A stretch of DNA of 63,839 nucleotides, the filler included, from an uncultured Clostridia bacterium (GTDB taxonomy: Bacteria > Aerophobota > Aerophobia > Aerophobales > B3-G15), in assembly GCA_964482715.1 (NCBI GenBank). It is 5 parts of 5 records of this genome, joined end to end, with 100 filler letters (N's around TTAATTAATTAA, not from the genome) between each part and the next. Parts side by side here need not be neighbours in the genome. Positions count along the whole stretch, not along the records: positions 1 to 14,731 come from CAYZYX010000038.1; 4 more parts are not named here. One strand, 5' to 3'. Made by a program: the position numbers and the translations under genes. The notes under the pieces were generated by a model that was given only the letters and a program-made list of their open reading frames with translations, ran no database searches and had not been told where the DNA came from. Numbering within the stretch: the stretch's first letter is position 1; each line of letters begins with the position of its first letter. Positions 1-8,380 of the stretch are shown here, piece after piece.

Positions 1-185
1 GAAGAACCAAGACTATAGAGGTCTTCTCTTATGTAAAGGCTATAGAAAAGATCCTCTACCTCGTCTCGACAGAGCTAAATGAGAAGTGGAGCAGGAGAAT
101 CCACAGGGGATTTATCAAGGCAAAACCCATATTGGAAAAGATGAGAAGGGAGAGATATGTCCAGACATAAAATACTTGACACTAT
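1..185 (+). mobile_element. 3' end of an IS256-family element (transposase C-terminus 3..170 plus right terminal repeat)
   Basis: Frame 3 reads RTKTIEVFSYVKAIEKILYLVSTELNEKWSRR..., resembling the IS256/Mutator C-terminal RRTKV..VFP....L.KLLYL motif. The stop at 168-170 runs into AATACTTGACACTAT, an IS256-type terminal sequence. Confidence 0.8.
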
Positions 186-592
186 GTAAGTATATCACAT
201 ATTGAAAAATTGCCAACTAAAAGCACGTTTAAAAATTGTCAGATTATGGATTACCTTTTAATGGAATCTAATAATGGAAGACCTACGAATAAAAGGTTAA
301 GGGAAAATAATTTATGAAAGGATTAGGATTTTTTCGGGAAACTGGAGTGCATTGAATCATGTAAATGTAACCGAAAGAAACCTTGTGAATCATTTTCATC
401 CTCGAATTTATTAAAGTCCCCCTGTAGAGCGAACTTGTGAGAAAGAATTTGGAATGCCGTTTCAGATTTTTCCCTGATATGAGTCTACAAAGAGCTGGCC
501 AGAAGATGTATCTTTCACAGAAACGGCTGATAGATCTATCAGTACCCAGATGAAGCTCTGAAAGTACACCCTATTAGGGGTAGAGACAATGT

Positions 593-622
593 TTGACAAA
601 AAGCCTTAAGATATGCTATTAA
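593..622 (+). promoter_or_regulatory. sigma70-type promoter for the permease at 800
   Basis: TTGACA at 593-598 and extended -10 TGcTATTAA at 614-622. Confidence 0.55.
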
Positions 623-644
623 TAATGGTGGGAAGTAAATTTCC

Positions 645-734
645 ATTTATTCTCCTTGTGACAGGGTTTTTGGAGGATAGGATACCTTCTTCCCTATTTT
701 AGCCAAAAATCTGCGAAACTACAGGGGAATAAAT
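645..734 (+). promoter_or_regulatory. long imperfect hairpin in the 5' leader of the permease at 800
   Basis: Three nested stems: ATTTATTCTCCTTGT/ACAGGGGAATAAAT, CAGGGTTTTTGG/CCAAAAATCTG, AGGATAGG/CCTATTTT, with G-U pairs on the + strand. Confidence 0.55.
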
Positions 735-799
735 AATAGGTGTAAAATCCTGGTTAATACGTTAAAAGAAAAGTAGATTAAAAAAGGGGAAGTAGAAAC

Positions 800-1777
800 A
801 TGAACTGGAGAAAAATTCAGTTGTTCATGCTGGATCGTTTTATGTGGATCATAGCAATAGCTGGGTATATACTATTTATTCTCTTATCACCGGATTTATT
901 CTTCAACCTTTCAACTGTTGTTGATATATTCCTGGTGTATACGGGATACGGCATCCTTGCAATTGCAACAGGGATCTGTCTGCTCTCTGGATCCATGGAC
1001 CTTTCTCTGCCAGCGATTGGTGGGTTCGCGGGCGTTTTTATTGTAGAGTTTGGTGAAGTCTGGTTCCCGGATGCGCCAGGGATCCTTCTGTTACTTCTGC
1101 CACTGATTATAGGGGCTGCGTCCGGAGCTATCAATGGTTTGATCATTAGCAAGACTGGTGTTCACTCTTTTTTTGTCACACTGGCAACGACCTTTTTATT
1201 TATAGGAGCGAGAAAGGCAATCCGTCCGGGAACATTATGGATAAGACACAGTCAGATACTTCTTATCTCTGAAAGAAAGATTATAGGCCAGGTCAGTTTT
1301 TCAATTGTTTTTCTGGTGGCAATAGTAATTCTCATATGGCTGATCCTGAATCATACCAGAACCGGGGTGAGGATATACGCGATAGGAGGGGGCTCTGACG
1401 CTGCCAGAATGATGGGAATAAATGTGGGAAATATGAGGCTCCTCGTTCATACAATTGCAGGGATGTTTGCAGGTCTAAGTGGTTTGATTTTCGTAGGAGA
1501 TGTTGGAGCAACTTCACCGTACATGATGGATGAATGGCTCTTCTGGATTTTTGCGATGACTATATTGGGTGGAATTGCTATTGAGGGTGGAAGAGGAAAT
1601 ATAGAGAATGTCATTGCTGGTATGTTTTTCATCGGTACTGTGGATATGGGGGCTCATATGCTTGGTATAACACCCGTAGCCCGGGTACACCTTACAATAG
1701 GCATTCTAATACTCATGGGGATAATAATGAACTCGATCATTGTTAAAATGAAAGATCGTCTGCTGATACCCTCTTAG
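800..1777 (+). CDS. RbsC-family (BPD_transp_2) monosaccharide ABC transporter permease
   Basis: Hydrophobic 325 aa with GSMDLS, FFVTLAT, TRTGVRIYAIGG..AARMMGIN and GGIAIEGGRG motifs. Confidence 0.9.
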   Translation: MNWRKIQLFMLDRFMWIIAIAGYILFILLSPDLFFNLSTVVDIFLVYTGYGILAIATGICLLSGSMDLSLPAIGGFAGVFIVEFGEVWFPDAPGILLLLLPLIIGAASGAINGLIISKTGVHSFFVTLATTFLFIGARKAIRPGTLWIRHSQILLISERKIIGQVSFSIVFLVAIVILIWLILNHTRTGVRIYAIGGGSDAARMMGINVGNMRLLVHTIAGMFAGLSGLIFVGDVGATSPYMMDEWLFWIFAMTILGGIAIEGGRGNIENVIAGMFFIGTVDMGAHMLGITPVARVHLTIGILILMGIIMNSIIVKMKDRLLIPS

Positions 1778-1802
1778 ACCAAAGACAACTTGACCACACA
1801 GG

Positions 1803-2888
1803 CTATGTTTTATCTAGGTCTTTCCCCTGAATCGATCTGTGCCTTTCTTTAGATTCAGGTTGTTCACCATCTGAGGTAACCGACTCCGCATAGGAACGAA
1901 TGTAGATTCTGGAAAGTATCCTGTCTCTGAATAAATCCAGTCGATTAATTAGAACAATCACAATTAGAAATAGAATGCCCGGCACTGCATAGTATGCAAC
2001 TTCAAATGGCGCTCCCACCATGGTGGCTCCTACCTTAGTCATCGCAATTAATATTACCCCCCCTAAAATGTTGAGTAGATTCCCTCTACCGCCAGTGATA
2101 CTGATTCCAGCCAGAGCAATGGCAACAAAAGCGGGGAATATTGTATAAGGAGGAACCACCACTGGTTTGATTTCTACTGCATAACCAACATAGCAGAGTC
2201 CACAGAATCCTGCAAGTACTCCGGCTATGGTGTGAACCAGTAACTTTACATTATTTGTATTTATCCCGAGTCTTCTCGCCGTATCCTCTGAGCCCCCAAC
2301 CGCATATATTGCGTTTCCTTTACGGGTGTATTTCACAAAAAACCAGAGTAGTAAAAGCAATCCTATGAAAATGGTCGTGGAAACAAACATCCCACCCACG
2401 ATTCGACCTCTTCCAAAAAGGAGAATTAATGGGTCAAAACGACCGGGTGGAAAGTATTTACCGTACATAATATCACATGAAAGGGCATACCATATCAAAT
2501 AGCCCGCAAGCGTAACAAGGAAGGGATTTAGCCTTCCCCTTCCGATAAGCACACCGTTCAAAATCCCGATAGCCAGACCAACTATAAGAGGTACCGGAAT
2601 AATCAGGAAAGCGGGTAAGTCAGTGAACTCGCAAAGCCATGCAGCAATAATACATGAAAGACCCGCTACTCGACCTAACGAAACATCGAAACTTCCTACA
2701 AGAAGGCAGAGCCCCAATCCCAACGCTAAAGGTCCCAGCATACTGGCATCTTGCAGAATAGAATATATGATGTGGGGTGCAAAAAAACGAGGATTGAGTA
2801 CTGAAAATATAATGAATATCCCTATGATTAAGACCCATACCAGGTTTTCAATACAAAATAACTGGATTTTTTCCCACTTCAACCGCAT
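1803..2888 (-). CDS. RbsC-family monosaccharide ABC transporter permease
   Basis: GSFDVS, PFLVTLA, TRKGNAIYAVGGSEDTARRLGIN and AGISITGGRG motifs. Confidence 0.9.
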   Translation of the reverse strand: MRLKWEKIQLFCIENLVWVLIIGIFIIFSVLNPRFFAPHIIYSILQDASMLGPLALGLGLCLLVGSFDVSLGRVAGLSCIIAAWLCEFTDLPAFLIIPVPLIVGLAIGILNGVLIGRGRLNPFLVTLAGYLIWYALSCDIMYGKYFPPGRFDPLILLFGRGRIVGGMFVSTTIFIGLLLLLWFFVKYTRKGNAIYAVGGSEDTARRLGINTNNVKLLVHTIAGVLAGFCGLCYVGYAVEIKPVVVPPYTIFPAFVAIALAGISITGGRGNLLNILGGVILIAMTKVGATMVGAPFEVAYYAVPGILFLIVIVLINRLDLFRDRILSRIYIRSYAESVTSDGEQPESKERHRSIQGKDLDKT

Positions 2889-2904
2889 TAACCTCTTTTT
2901 TATT

Positions 2905-3198
2905 TTGCGCGAATCATGGGCCGTTTGAAACCATTGAAGATCTGGTTTCAGTTATATCGAGATTGATGTATGTGGATTTTGAAACTCCCTCCTTCAGGTC
3001 ACTTTAAAGTTGGGAGCTTTATTACCGAACTCCTTTTAAAAAGTAATTCTGGTAGTAATCTTACACATTATTTCCAGCTTAGTCGAATGTATATCTGTAC
3101 CCTAATATTTACTGGTGAATGAAAGTAATCATAAAAAGACACCACTTCACCTGTATCCTCTGAATATCTGACCACACCAAAAATGACAGCCTTTTCGC
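2905..3198 (-). ncRNA. candidate ~290-nt multi-branched structured RNA (5' leader of the permease ending at 2888, or stand-alone ncRNA)
   Basis: About seven stems tile the interval, the two ends pair, almost all non-canonical pairs are G-U on the minus strand, and a promoter lies immediately upstream. Confidence 0.55.
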
Positions 3199-3202
3199 AA
3201 AT

Positions 3203-3231
3203 ATAATATATGTATCAGAATATCCTGTCAA
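3203..3231 (-). promoter_or_regulatory. sigma70-type promoter driving the structured leader and permease
   Basis: Minus strand TTGACA (3231-3226), 17-bp spacer, TATTAT (3208-3203). Confidence 0.7.
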
Positions 3232-3240
3232 GAATAATAA

Positions 3241-3500
3241 CCCCAGTTTCGGAAAAATTTCCACTCTTTGAGACGGGTTGTGCCCTTCGTTATTACGCCG
3301 AGGATGAAGTCCCTGATATTGCACTGAGTGCAAGGGTCGACCTTGCATTTGCCAGATTGGATAAAACTTGTATACTATCCAGTGCAATTTTCCTTCTGTC
3401 TTTGGGTAGGGCACGGGTTTTCTCATGATAAACCTCCTTAAAATTCATGAGATTTCTCTCCCCCGTGACCCTCTTTACCATATTTTTTCTGAAACTGGAG
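3241..3500. mobile_element. ~260-bp MITE-like element with terminal inverted repeats and a self-complementary interior
   Basis: CCAGTTTCGGAAAAAT (3243-3258) versus ATTTTTTCTGAAACTGG (3482-3498); several nested internal inverted repeats; no target-site duplication seen. Confidence 0.5.
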
Positions 3501-3552
3501 CTGATCACTATTGACACCAGGTGAAAATTTGTTATTTTTATTATAGGAATGT

Positions 3553-3629
<77 letters not shown>

Positions 3630-3764
3630 GTGTAAAAAACCCTTCCTGGATGTCCCTCATCGCTTTCCGTCCAATTTTACAAAAACACCTTGAAAAACCA
3701 AATTTTTTTTGTGAAACTTTTATTTTCTTCCTAATCCCTCATTTTTAAAGAAAAGGATTACGAT

Positions 3765-3815
3765 TTGACAGAAATGACCAATTTACTAAAATAAAAAAGT
3801 TGCCTATGCAACTTT
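3765..3815 (+). promoter_or_regulatory. promoter plus palindromic operator (likely MarR autoregulation site)
   Basis: TTGACA 3765-3770, TAAAAT 3787-3792, palindrome AAAGTTGC-CTAT-GCAACTTT at 3796-3815 over the expected start site. Confidence 0.7.
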
Positions 3816-3849
3816 ATTTTTGTGCATGAATCTCCTTCAGGTTAGCAGG

Positions 3850-4323
3850 ATGAGCTCAACACGAGATTCCAAACAATCAATAGGGAAATTTTTTTCCATA
3901 ATCCACTGGCAAACAAGACTTTATATGGAAGAAAAATTAAGACCTTATGGTCTGGGAGGAGGGAAACTACACATACTCATAATGCTCTATCATAAAGATG
4001 GTTTAAGTCAGCAGGAGATAAGCCGAAGCTTGCGCATAGACAAAGCAACAGTTTCTCGTGAGATAAGAAAACTTGAAAAACAGGGTTATGTCATAAGAAA
4101 AAAAGATTTAAAGGATAAAAGAATTTACCGGGTGCATTTAACAGAAAAGGCAAGAAAGATAAAATCAACGGTTAAAAAAGAAGCTCGCAGGTGGCAGAGA
4201 ATTCTTCTTAAGGATTTCACCGAAAAGGAAAAAAAATCCATAATGCAAATGCTTGAGAAAATAGCTCAAAACGCCATATTAGCTCACAGGAAGGGTAACT
4301 ACAATGGATGCAAAGATAACTGA
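3850..4323 (+). CDS. MarR-family transcriptional regulator
   Basis: GLSQQEIS...DKATVSREIRKLEKQGYV.R..D..DKR wHTH signature; ATG at 3850 preferred over TTG at 3820. Confidence 0.9.
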   Translation: MSSTRDSKQSIGKFFSIIHWQTRLYMEEKLRPYGLGGGKLHILIMLYHKDGLSQQEISRSLRIDKATVSREIRKLEKQGYVIRKKDLKDKRIYRVHLTEKARKIKSTVKKEARRWQRILLKDFTEKEKKSIMQMLEKIAQNAILAHRKGNYNGCKDN

Positions 4324-5680
4324 GGGAGTCAAAAATCTTCTGGGTAATCCACAGAAGGCAATTGTAAAACTCTCCATTCCAATGATGATAGCAATGTTTG
4401 TTCAGGCAATGTATAACCTGGTAGATGCAATATGGGTGGCTGGTTTAGGTGCTGATGCCTTAGCAGCTGTTGGCCTATTTTTCCCAATTTTGATGGTCAT
4501 AATGGCTTTATCTACCGGCATAGGTATTGGAGGAAGTTCTGCTATATCAAGGAAAATCGGAGGAAAAAACAAAAAAGGTGCAGATAATGCCGCTGTGCAC
4601 AGTCTATTGATGGGTTTACTTGTGGGACTTACGGTAAGTATACCATTTTTACCCTTTTTAAAGGACATTTTTACATCTCTTGGGGCAAAAGACAAAGTGG
4701 CCAATATGTCCACAGATTACGCAAGAGTTCTCTTTGGAGGAGCAATATTTATATTTTTCGCAAACATAGCCAATGCCATACTTCGTGGCGAGGGTGACAC
4801 AAAAAGAGCCATGTATGCAATCATGGTAGGTTCTTTCTTAAACATAGTTCTGGATCCGATATACATATATGTTCTCGGAATGGGTGTTGTTGGTGCAGCA
4901 TGGGCTACCCTGACCTCAATGCTCATTTCTGCAATGCTATTTTTTTACTGGCTTTTCATAAAACATGACACTTATGTAGATGTAACATTTAAAGATTTCC
5001 ATCCAGATGGGAAAATAATAAAGGAGATACTGCGTGTGGGTATTCCTGCTTCACTCGCACAGCTTTCAATGTCGATATCAATGTTTTTATTGAACCTTAT
5101 CGTGATCCTTGCGGCGGGAACAGATGGTGTTGCTATTTTCACTACGGGATGGAGGATAGTAGCTTTAGGAACGATACCTCTTCTGGGAATGGCGGTAGCT
5201 GTTACCTCGGTTACTGGAGCCGCCTATGGAGCAAAGGATGTAGAAAAACTTGATGCAGCTTATATGTATGCCATAAAAATAGGTATTATTATGGAACTCA
5301 TCGTGGCAATAACCACATTTATATTTGCTCCACAGATAACCTTAGCTTTCACCTACTCCGAGCAGGCTAAGAGAATAACGAATGACTTGATAAGATTTCT
5401 GCGGTGGATGAGCCTGAACTATCCAGCGGTTCCCCTGGGTATGCTATCTTCAGCAATGTTTCAGGGTATTGGAAGGGGTGGAACCGCTTTAGCAGTGACC
5501 ATAACAAGAACAATAATTCTCACGGTCCCTCTGACATTTCTTCTCGGGATCATTTTAAACTTGAATTTAACAGGTGTCTGGTGGGGAATCATTATTGGAA
5601 ATGCACTTGGAGCATTTACAGGTTTTACCATAGGGAGGTTAACGGTTGGAAAACTCAGGAGAAAATTTGGTATCATTTAG
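4304..5680 (+). CDS. MATE-family efflux transporter
   Basis: LSIPMM...YNLVDAIWV, LRGEGDTK.AM, NIVLDP...GVVGAAWAT motifs; 12-TM size. Confidence 0.93.
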   Translation: MDAKITEGVKNLLGNPQKAIVKLSIPMMIAMFVQAMYNLVDAIWVAGLGADALAAVGLFFPILMVIMALSTGIGIGGSSAISRKIGGKNKKGADNAAVHSLLMGLLVGLTVSIPFLPFLKDIFTSLGAKDKVANMSTDYARVLFGGAIFIFFANIANAILRGEGDTKRAMYAIMVGSFLNIVLDPIYIYVLGMGVVGAAWATLTSMLISAMLFFYWLFIKHDTYVDVTFKDFHPDGKIIKEILRVGIPASLAQLSMSISMFLLNLIVILAAGTDGVAIFTTGWRIVALGTIPLLGMAVAVTSVTGAAYGAKDVEKLDAAYMYAIKIGIIMELIVAITTFIFAPQITLAFTYSEQAKRITNDLIRFLRWMSLNYPAVPLGMLSSAMFQGIGRGGTALAVTITRTIILTVPLTFLLGIILNLNLTGVWWGIIIGNALGAFTGFTIGRLTVGKLRRKFGII

Positions 5681-5744
5681 TTATCTTTTCTTTTAACAAA
5701 AGTTATTGAGGAATTATTTTGCTGCTTGCATTGTGAAAAAACAA

Positions 5745-5772
5745 GGAACATTTTTTTATAATCATTGTCAAA
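5745..5772 (+). promoter_or_regulatory. ECF sigma (RpoE/AlgU-like) promoter upstream of the exporter operon
   Basis: GGAACAT-N16-TCAAA, one mismatch to the GAACTT-N16-TCAAA consensus. Confidence 0.55.
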
Positions 5773-5917
5773 AATAACAGAACGAAAAAATTTTCTAAAA
5801 TTCTTTTTTGTACCGGGATACAGTAAAAATCATTAAACTCCGGGAATGAGAAAATCTATAGAGGTTTCAGATTACAGTCACACACCTGCCAATAAATAAT
5901 ATGAGGAGGAAGAGAGA

Positions 5918-7012
5918 ATGAGAAAGACAATGTTTTTTGGTTTGATAGGATGTATTCTCCTTTTTTCCATTGGTGTTTCTGCCCAGCAGACCCAGCAGGC
6001 CGAGATAAAAAAGTTAAATCTGGAGGAGAGTATAAATATTGCATTGGAGAATAATCTTGACCTCAAGATGGCAAGATGCAACGTGAACCTGCAAGAAGTA
6101 GAATACGAGCAGGCTCAGGCCAACAATCTCCTGCAGGCATCAATTCTCAACCTGAGGAATGCTGAATTTTCTTTAAAGCAAGCTAAAAATAATCTGGAGG
6201 AGACAAGAAGGCAGGTCATATTAGACGTGATGGATGCCTATTTTCAGGTTTTAAGAGCAAAGCGAGATGTTGAAATCGAGAAAATGTCATTTCAGGAAGC
6301 CCAGGAAAATTTTGAGATAGTAAAAAACAAATTCTCTCTTGGCGATGCAAGTAGAAAAGACCTCTTGCAGGCAGAAATCAACTTATTTTCGGCTAAGTTT
6401 AATCTCAAAAAAGCTGAGCATCAGCTTGAAATTGCCAGGATAGACTTTAACAAGGTTTTAGGTCTTCCTCTTGATGCCCGATTTGAGCTCACGGACAGCT
6501 TTTCTGTGGAACCTTTAAACATCTCCCTTGAGAAAGCCCTCGAGGAGGCTTTAAAGAATAGATATGAGATTAAGAAAGCTCAAAATGAGTTAGAACTTGC
6601 AAAAATTAGGTGGGATCTTTCTCAAAATGAGTATACTCCAGAGCTTGATAAGAAAAATGCCCGGATAAGTTTAGAAAACGCTGAAGTTAATCTGGGGAAG
6701 GTTAAAATACAGATCATCCGGGAGATTCACCAATTATTTACAGACCTTGAAGAAAAAAGGGAAAATATAGCCCTAACAGAAAAAATGGAAAAGCTTAAAG
6801 AGGAAATCTACAGTATTGCTCAAAAGCAGTATAAAGCAGGACTTATCAATGCTACGGAGCTTCTCGATGCCCAGATTGGGCTTACTCAGGCCCAGCTTAA
6901 CAGAATTGGTGCTCTTTTTGAGTACAACATGGCCAGGGCAAAATTCATCAAAGCATTGGCAACAGATATAAATTATGGTCAAAAAGAGTCTCCATCAGTT
7001 TCAAAGGAATAA
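5918..7012 (+). CDS. TolC/OEP-family protein, short form apparently lacking the beta-barrel hairpins
   Basis: Signal peptide, LNLEESINIALENNLDL, two OEP repeats (GDASRKDLLQAE; AGLINATELLDAQ); 364 aa. Confidence 0.8.
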   Translation: MRKTMFFGLIGCILLFSIGVSAQQTQQAEIKKLNLEESINIALENNLDLKMARCNVNLQEVEYEQAQANNLLQASILNLRNAEFSLKQAKNNLEETRRQVILDVMDAYFQVLRAKRDVEIEKMSFQEAQENFEIVKNKFSLGDASRKDLLQAEINLFSAKFNLKKAEHQLEIARIDFNKVLGLPLDARFELTDSFSVEPLNISLEKALEEALKNRYEIKKAQNELELAKIRWDLSQNEYTPELDKKNARISLENAEVNLGKVKIQIIREIHQLFTDLEEKRENIALTEKMEKLKEEIYSIAQKQYKAGLINATELLDAQIGLTQAQLNRIGALFEYNMARAKFIKALATDINYGQKESPSVSKE

Positions 7013-7017
7013 ACCCC

Positions 7018-8379
7018 ATGGAGAAAAAGGCTCTTTTTGGAATTCTGTTAAGTTTCTTTCTAACCGGTGCAGGTTTTGCCGGAAAGCCACTCATCTTGAG
7101 CCTGGAGGACAGTATTCAAAGAGCCCTGAAGTATAACCTGGATGTGCAAATCGCCAGGATAGAGATTGAAAAAACAAAACTTGAGCTCAAAAAGGAGAAA
7201 GCCTCCTTCAGACCTCAGGCAGGTATATCAACATATCCTCTTCAATGGAAGGGGGATTATAACCTTTTTAAGTACAGCCCACGAGTAGATTTTGATGCAA
7301 GCCTCTTTACTCAATGGGGGATGGCTGCTACCTTGAGTTTAACCGGGGAGAAGGAAGAAAATGATAAGATGGAGTCCTCTTTATCTTTAACTGTAACTCA
7401 AAAAATTCTACCTGCTCCAGAACTTGCCTCTTCTTATCTTTCTTTCAGAAAATCTTTTCTGAATCTGGAAAAGAAGAAGGTGTCATCTGAGGAAGAAATT
7501 GAGAATATAAAACTTCTTGTTATAACCTCGTTTTACGAAATTCTTAAACAACAAAAAGAATGTGAATTAAAAAAAATTTCTCTTGAAAAGGCAAGGGAAA
7601 ACCTCCGCATAGTAAAAGATAAACTGAAAAGGAAAATGGCAGGCAAGATAGACCTGATGGATGCAGAGATAGAGCTTATCAGGGCTGAAGAGGAACTTTA
7701 CCAGGTAGAAAGCGATCTCCTGCAATCAATGACAGATTTTAAAGAGCTTCTGGGGATAAGAGTGGATGAGGAGATTGCTCTTGATGATAAAATATCCATA
7801 GATGACCGTTTCCTGAAAATAGAGCTGGAAGATGCTATCAAAAAAGCTCTGGAAAATAACCGGCAGATACATGAGCAACTTCTTACGATAAATATTCGCC
7901 AGTTTGATCTTCTAACAAACAAAAGCGAGGCATCTCCCTCACTGAATCTTCTGGCAGGATGCAGTTACAACCAGCTGGGTCAAAGAGAGACAGAATACAG
8001 GATTGGAGTTTATGTGGAAATTCCAGTCTTAGATGGGGAAAAGGGTAAAACGAACATACAAATCGCACAGAAGGAGCTTGACAGAGAAAAGCTCAATCTT
8101 GAAAAACTAAAACGGGAAATCTCTGCAAAAACAAGAGATAACTTTTACACCCTGAAGAGACTGGAAAAAAGAATTCATCTTCTTGAACTTTCCCGGGAAA
8201 AACAAAAAGAGGCACTTAATATTGCAAAAAAGATGCTTTCACAGGGAGCTTTAACCTCTCAGGAAGTAAGAGAAAGGGAGATAGCCTTGATACAGGCCGA
8301 AATAGATTACATAGAGACTCTTGCCGGTTATGAACTTGCCAGAGCCTGTCTTCTAAAAAACATGGGAAAAGGGATTTAA
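7018..8379 (+). CDS. TolC-family outer-membrane efflux protein
   Basis: Signal peptide, LSLEDSIQRALKYNLDV, beta-strand segments (FRPQAGIS...SLSLTVTQKI; SPSLNL...YRIGVYVEIPVLDG). Confidence 0.88.
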   Translation: MEKKALFGILLSFFLTGAGFAGKPLILSLEDSIQRALKYNLDVQIARIEIEKTKLELKKEKASFRPQAGISTYPLQWKGDYNLFKYSPRVDFDASLFTQWGMAATLSLTGEKEENDKMESSLSLTVTQKILPAPELASSYLSFRKSFLNLEKKKVSSEEEIENIKLLVITSFYEILKQQKECELKKISLEKARENLRIVKDKLKRKMAGKIDLMDAEIELIRAEEELYQVESDLLQSMTDFKELLGIRVDEEIALDDKISIDDRFLKIELEDAIKKALENNRQIHEQLLTINIRQFDLLTNKSEASPSLNLLAGCSYNQLGQRETEYRIGVYVEIPVLDGEKGKTNIQIAQKELDREKLNLEKLKREISAKTRDNFYTLKRLEKRIHLLELSREKQKEALNIAKKMLSQGALTSQEVREREIALIQAEIDYIETLAGYELARACLLKNMGKGI

Positions 8380-8380
8380 A

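Noticed and set aside
246-560. Stop-interrupted reading frame after the IS256 end
   Set aside because: No recognisable protein family; cannot support a pseudogene call
3002-3045. Weak resemblance of minus-strand AAAAGGAGTTCGGTAA...CCCAACT to a cobalamin riboswitch core
   Set aside because: GGGAA, the T-loop arm and the B12 box are not present
2950-3086. CGACTA and GATATAAC as possible group I intron R/S elements
   Set aside because: They cannot form P7, and no interrupted gene flanks them
3109-3426. 105-aa ORF with a strong RBS
   Set aside because: It crosses the element's inverted repeat, a promoter and the structured RNA, and has no recognisable domain; kept only as part of the element finding
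5857-5877. TAGAGGTT...ACAG similar to 11478-11496, flanking the exporter operon
   Set aside because: Too short and gapped to distinguish from chance
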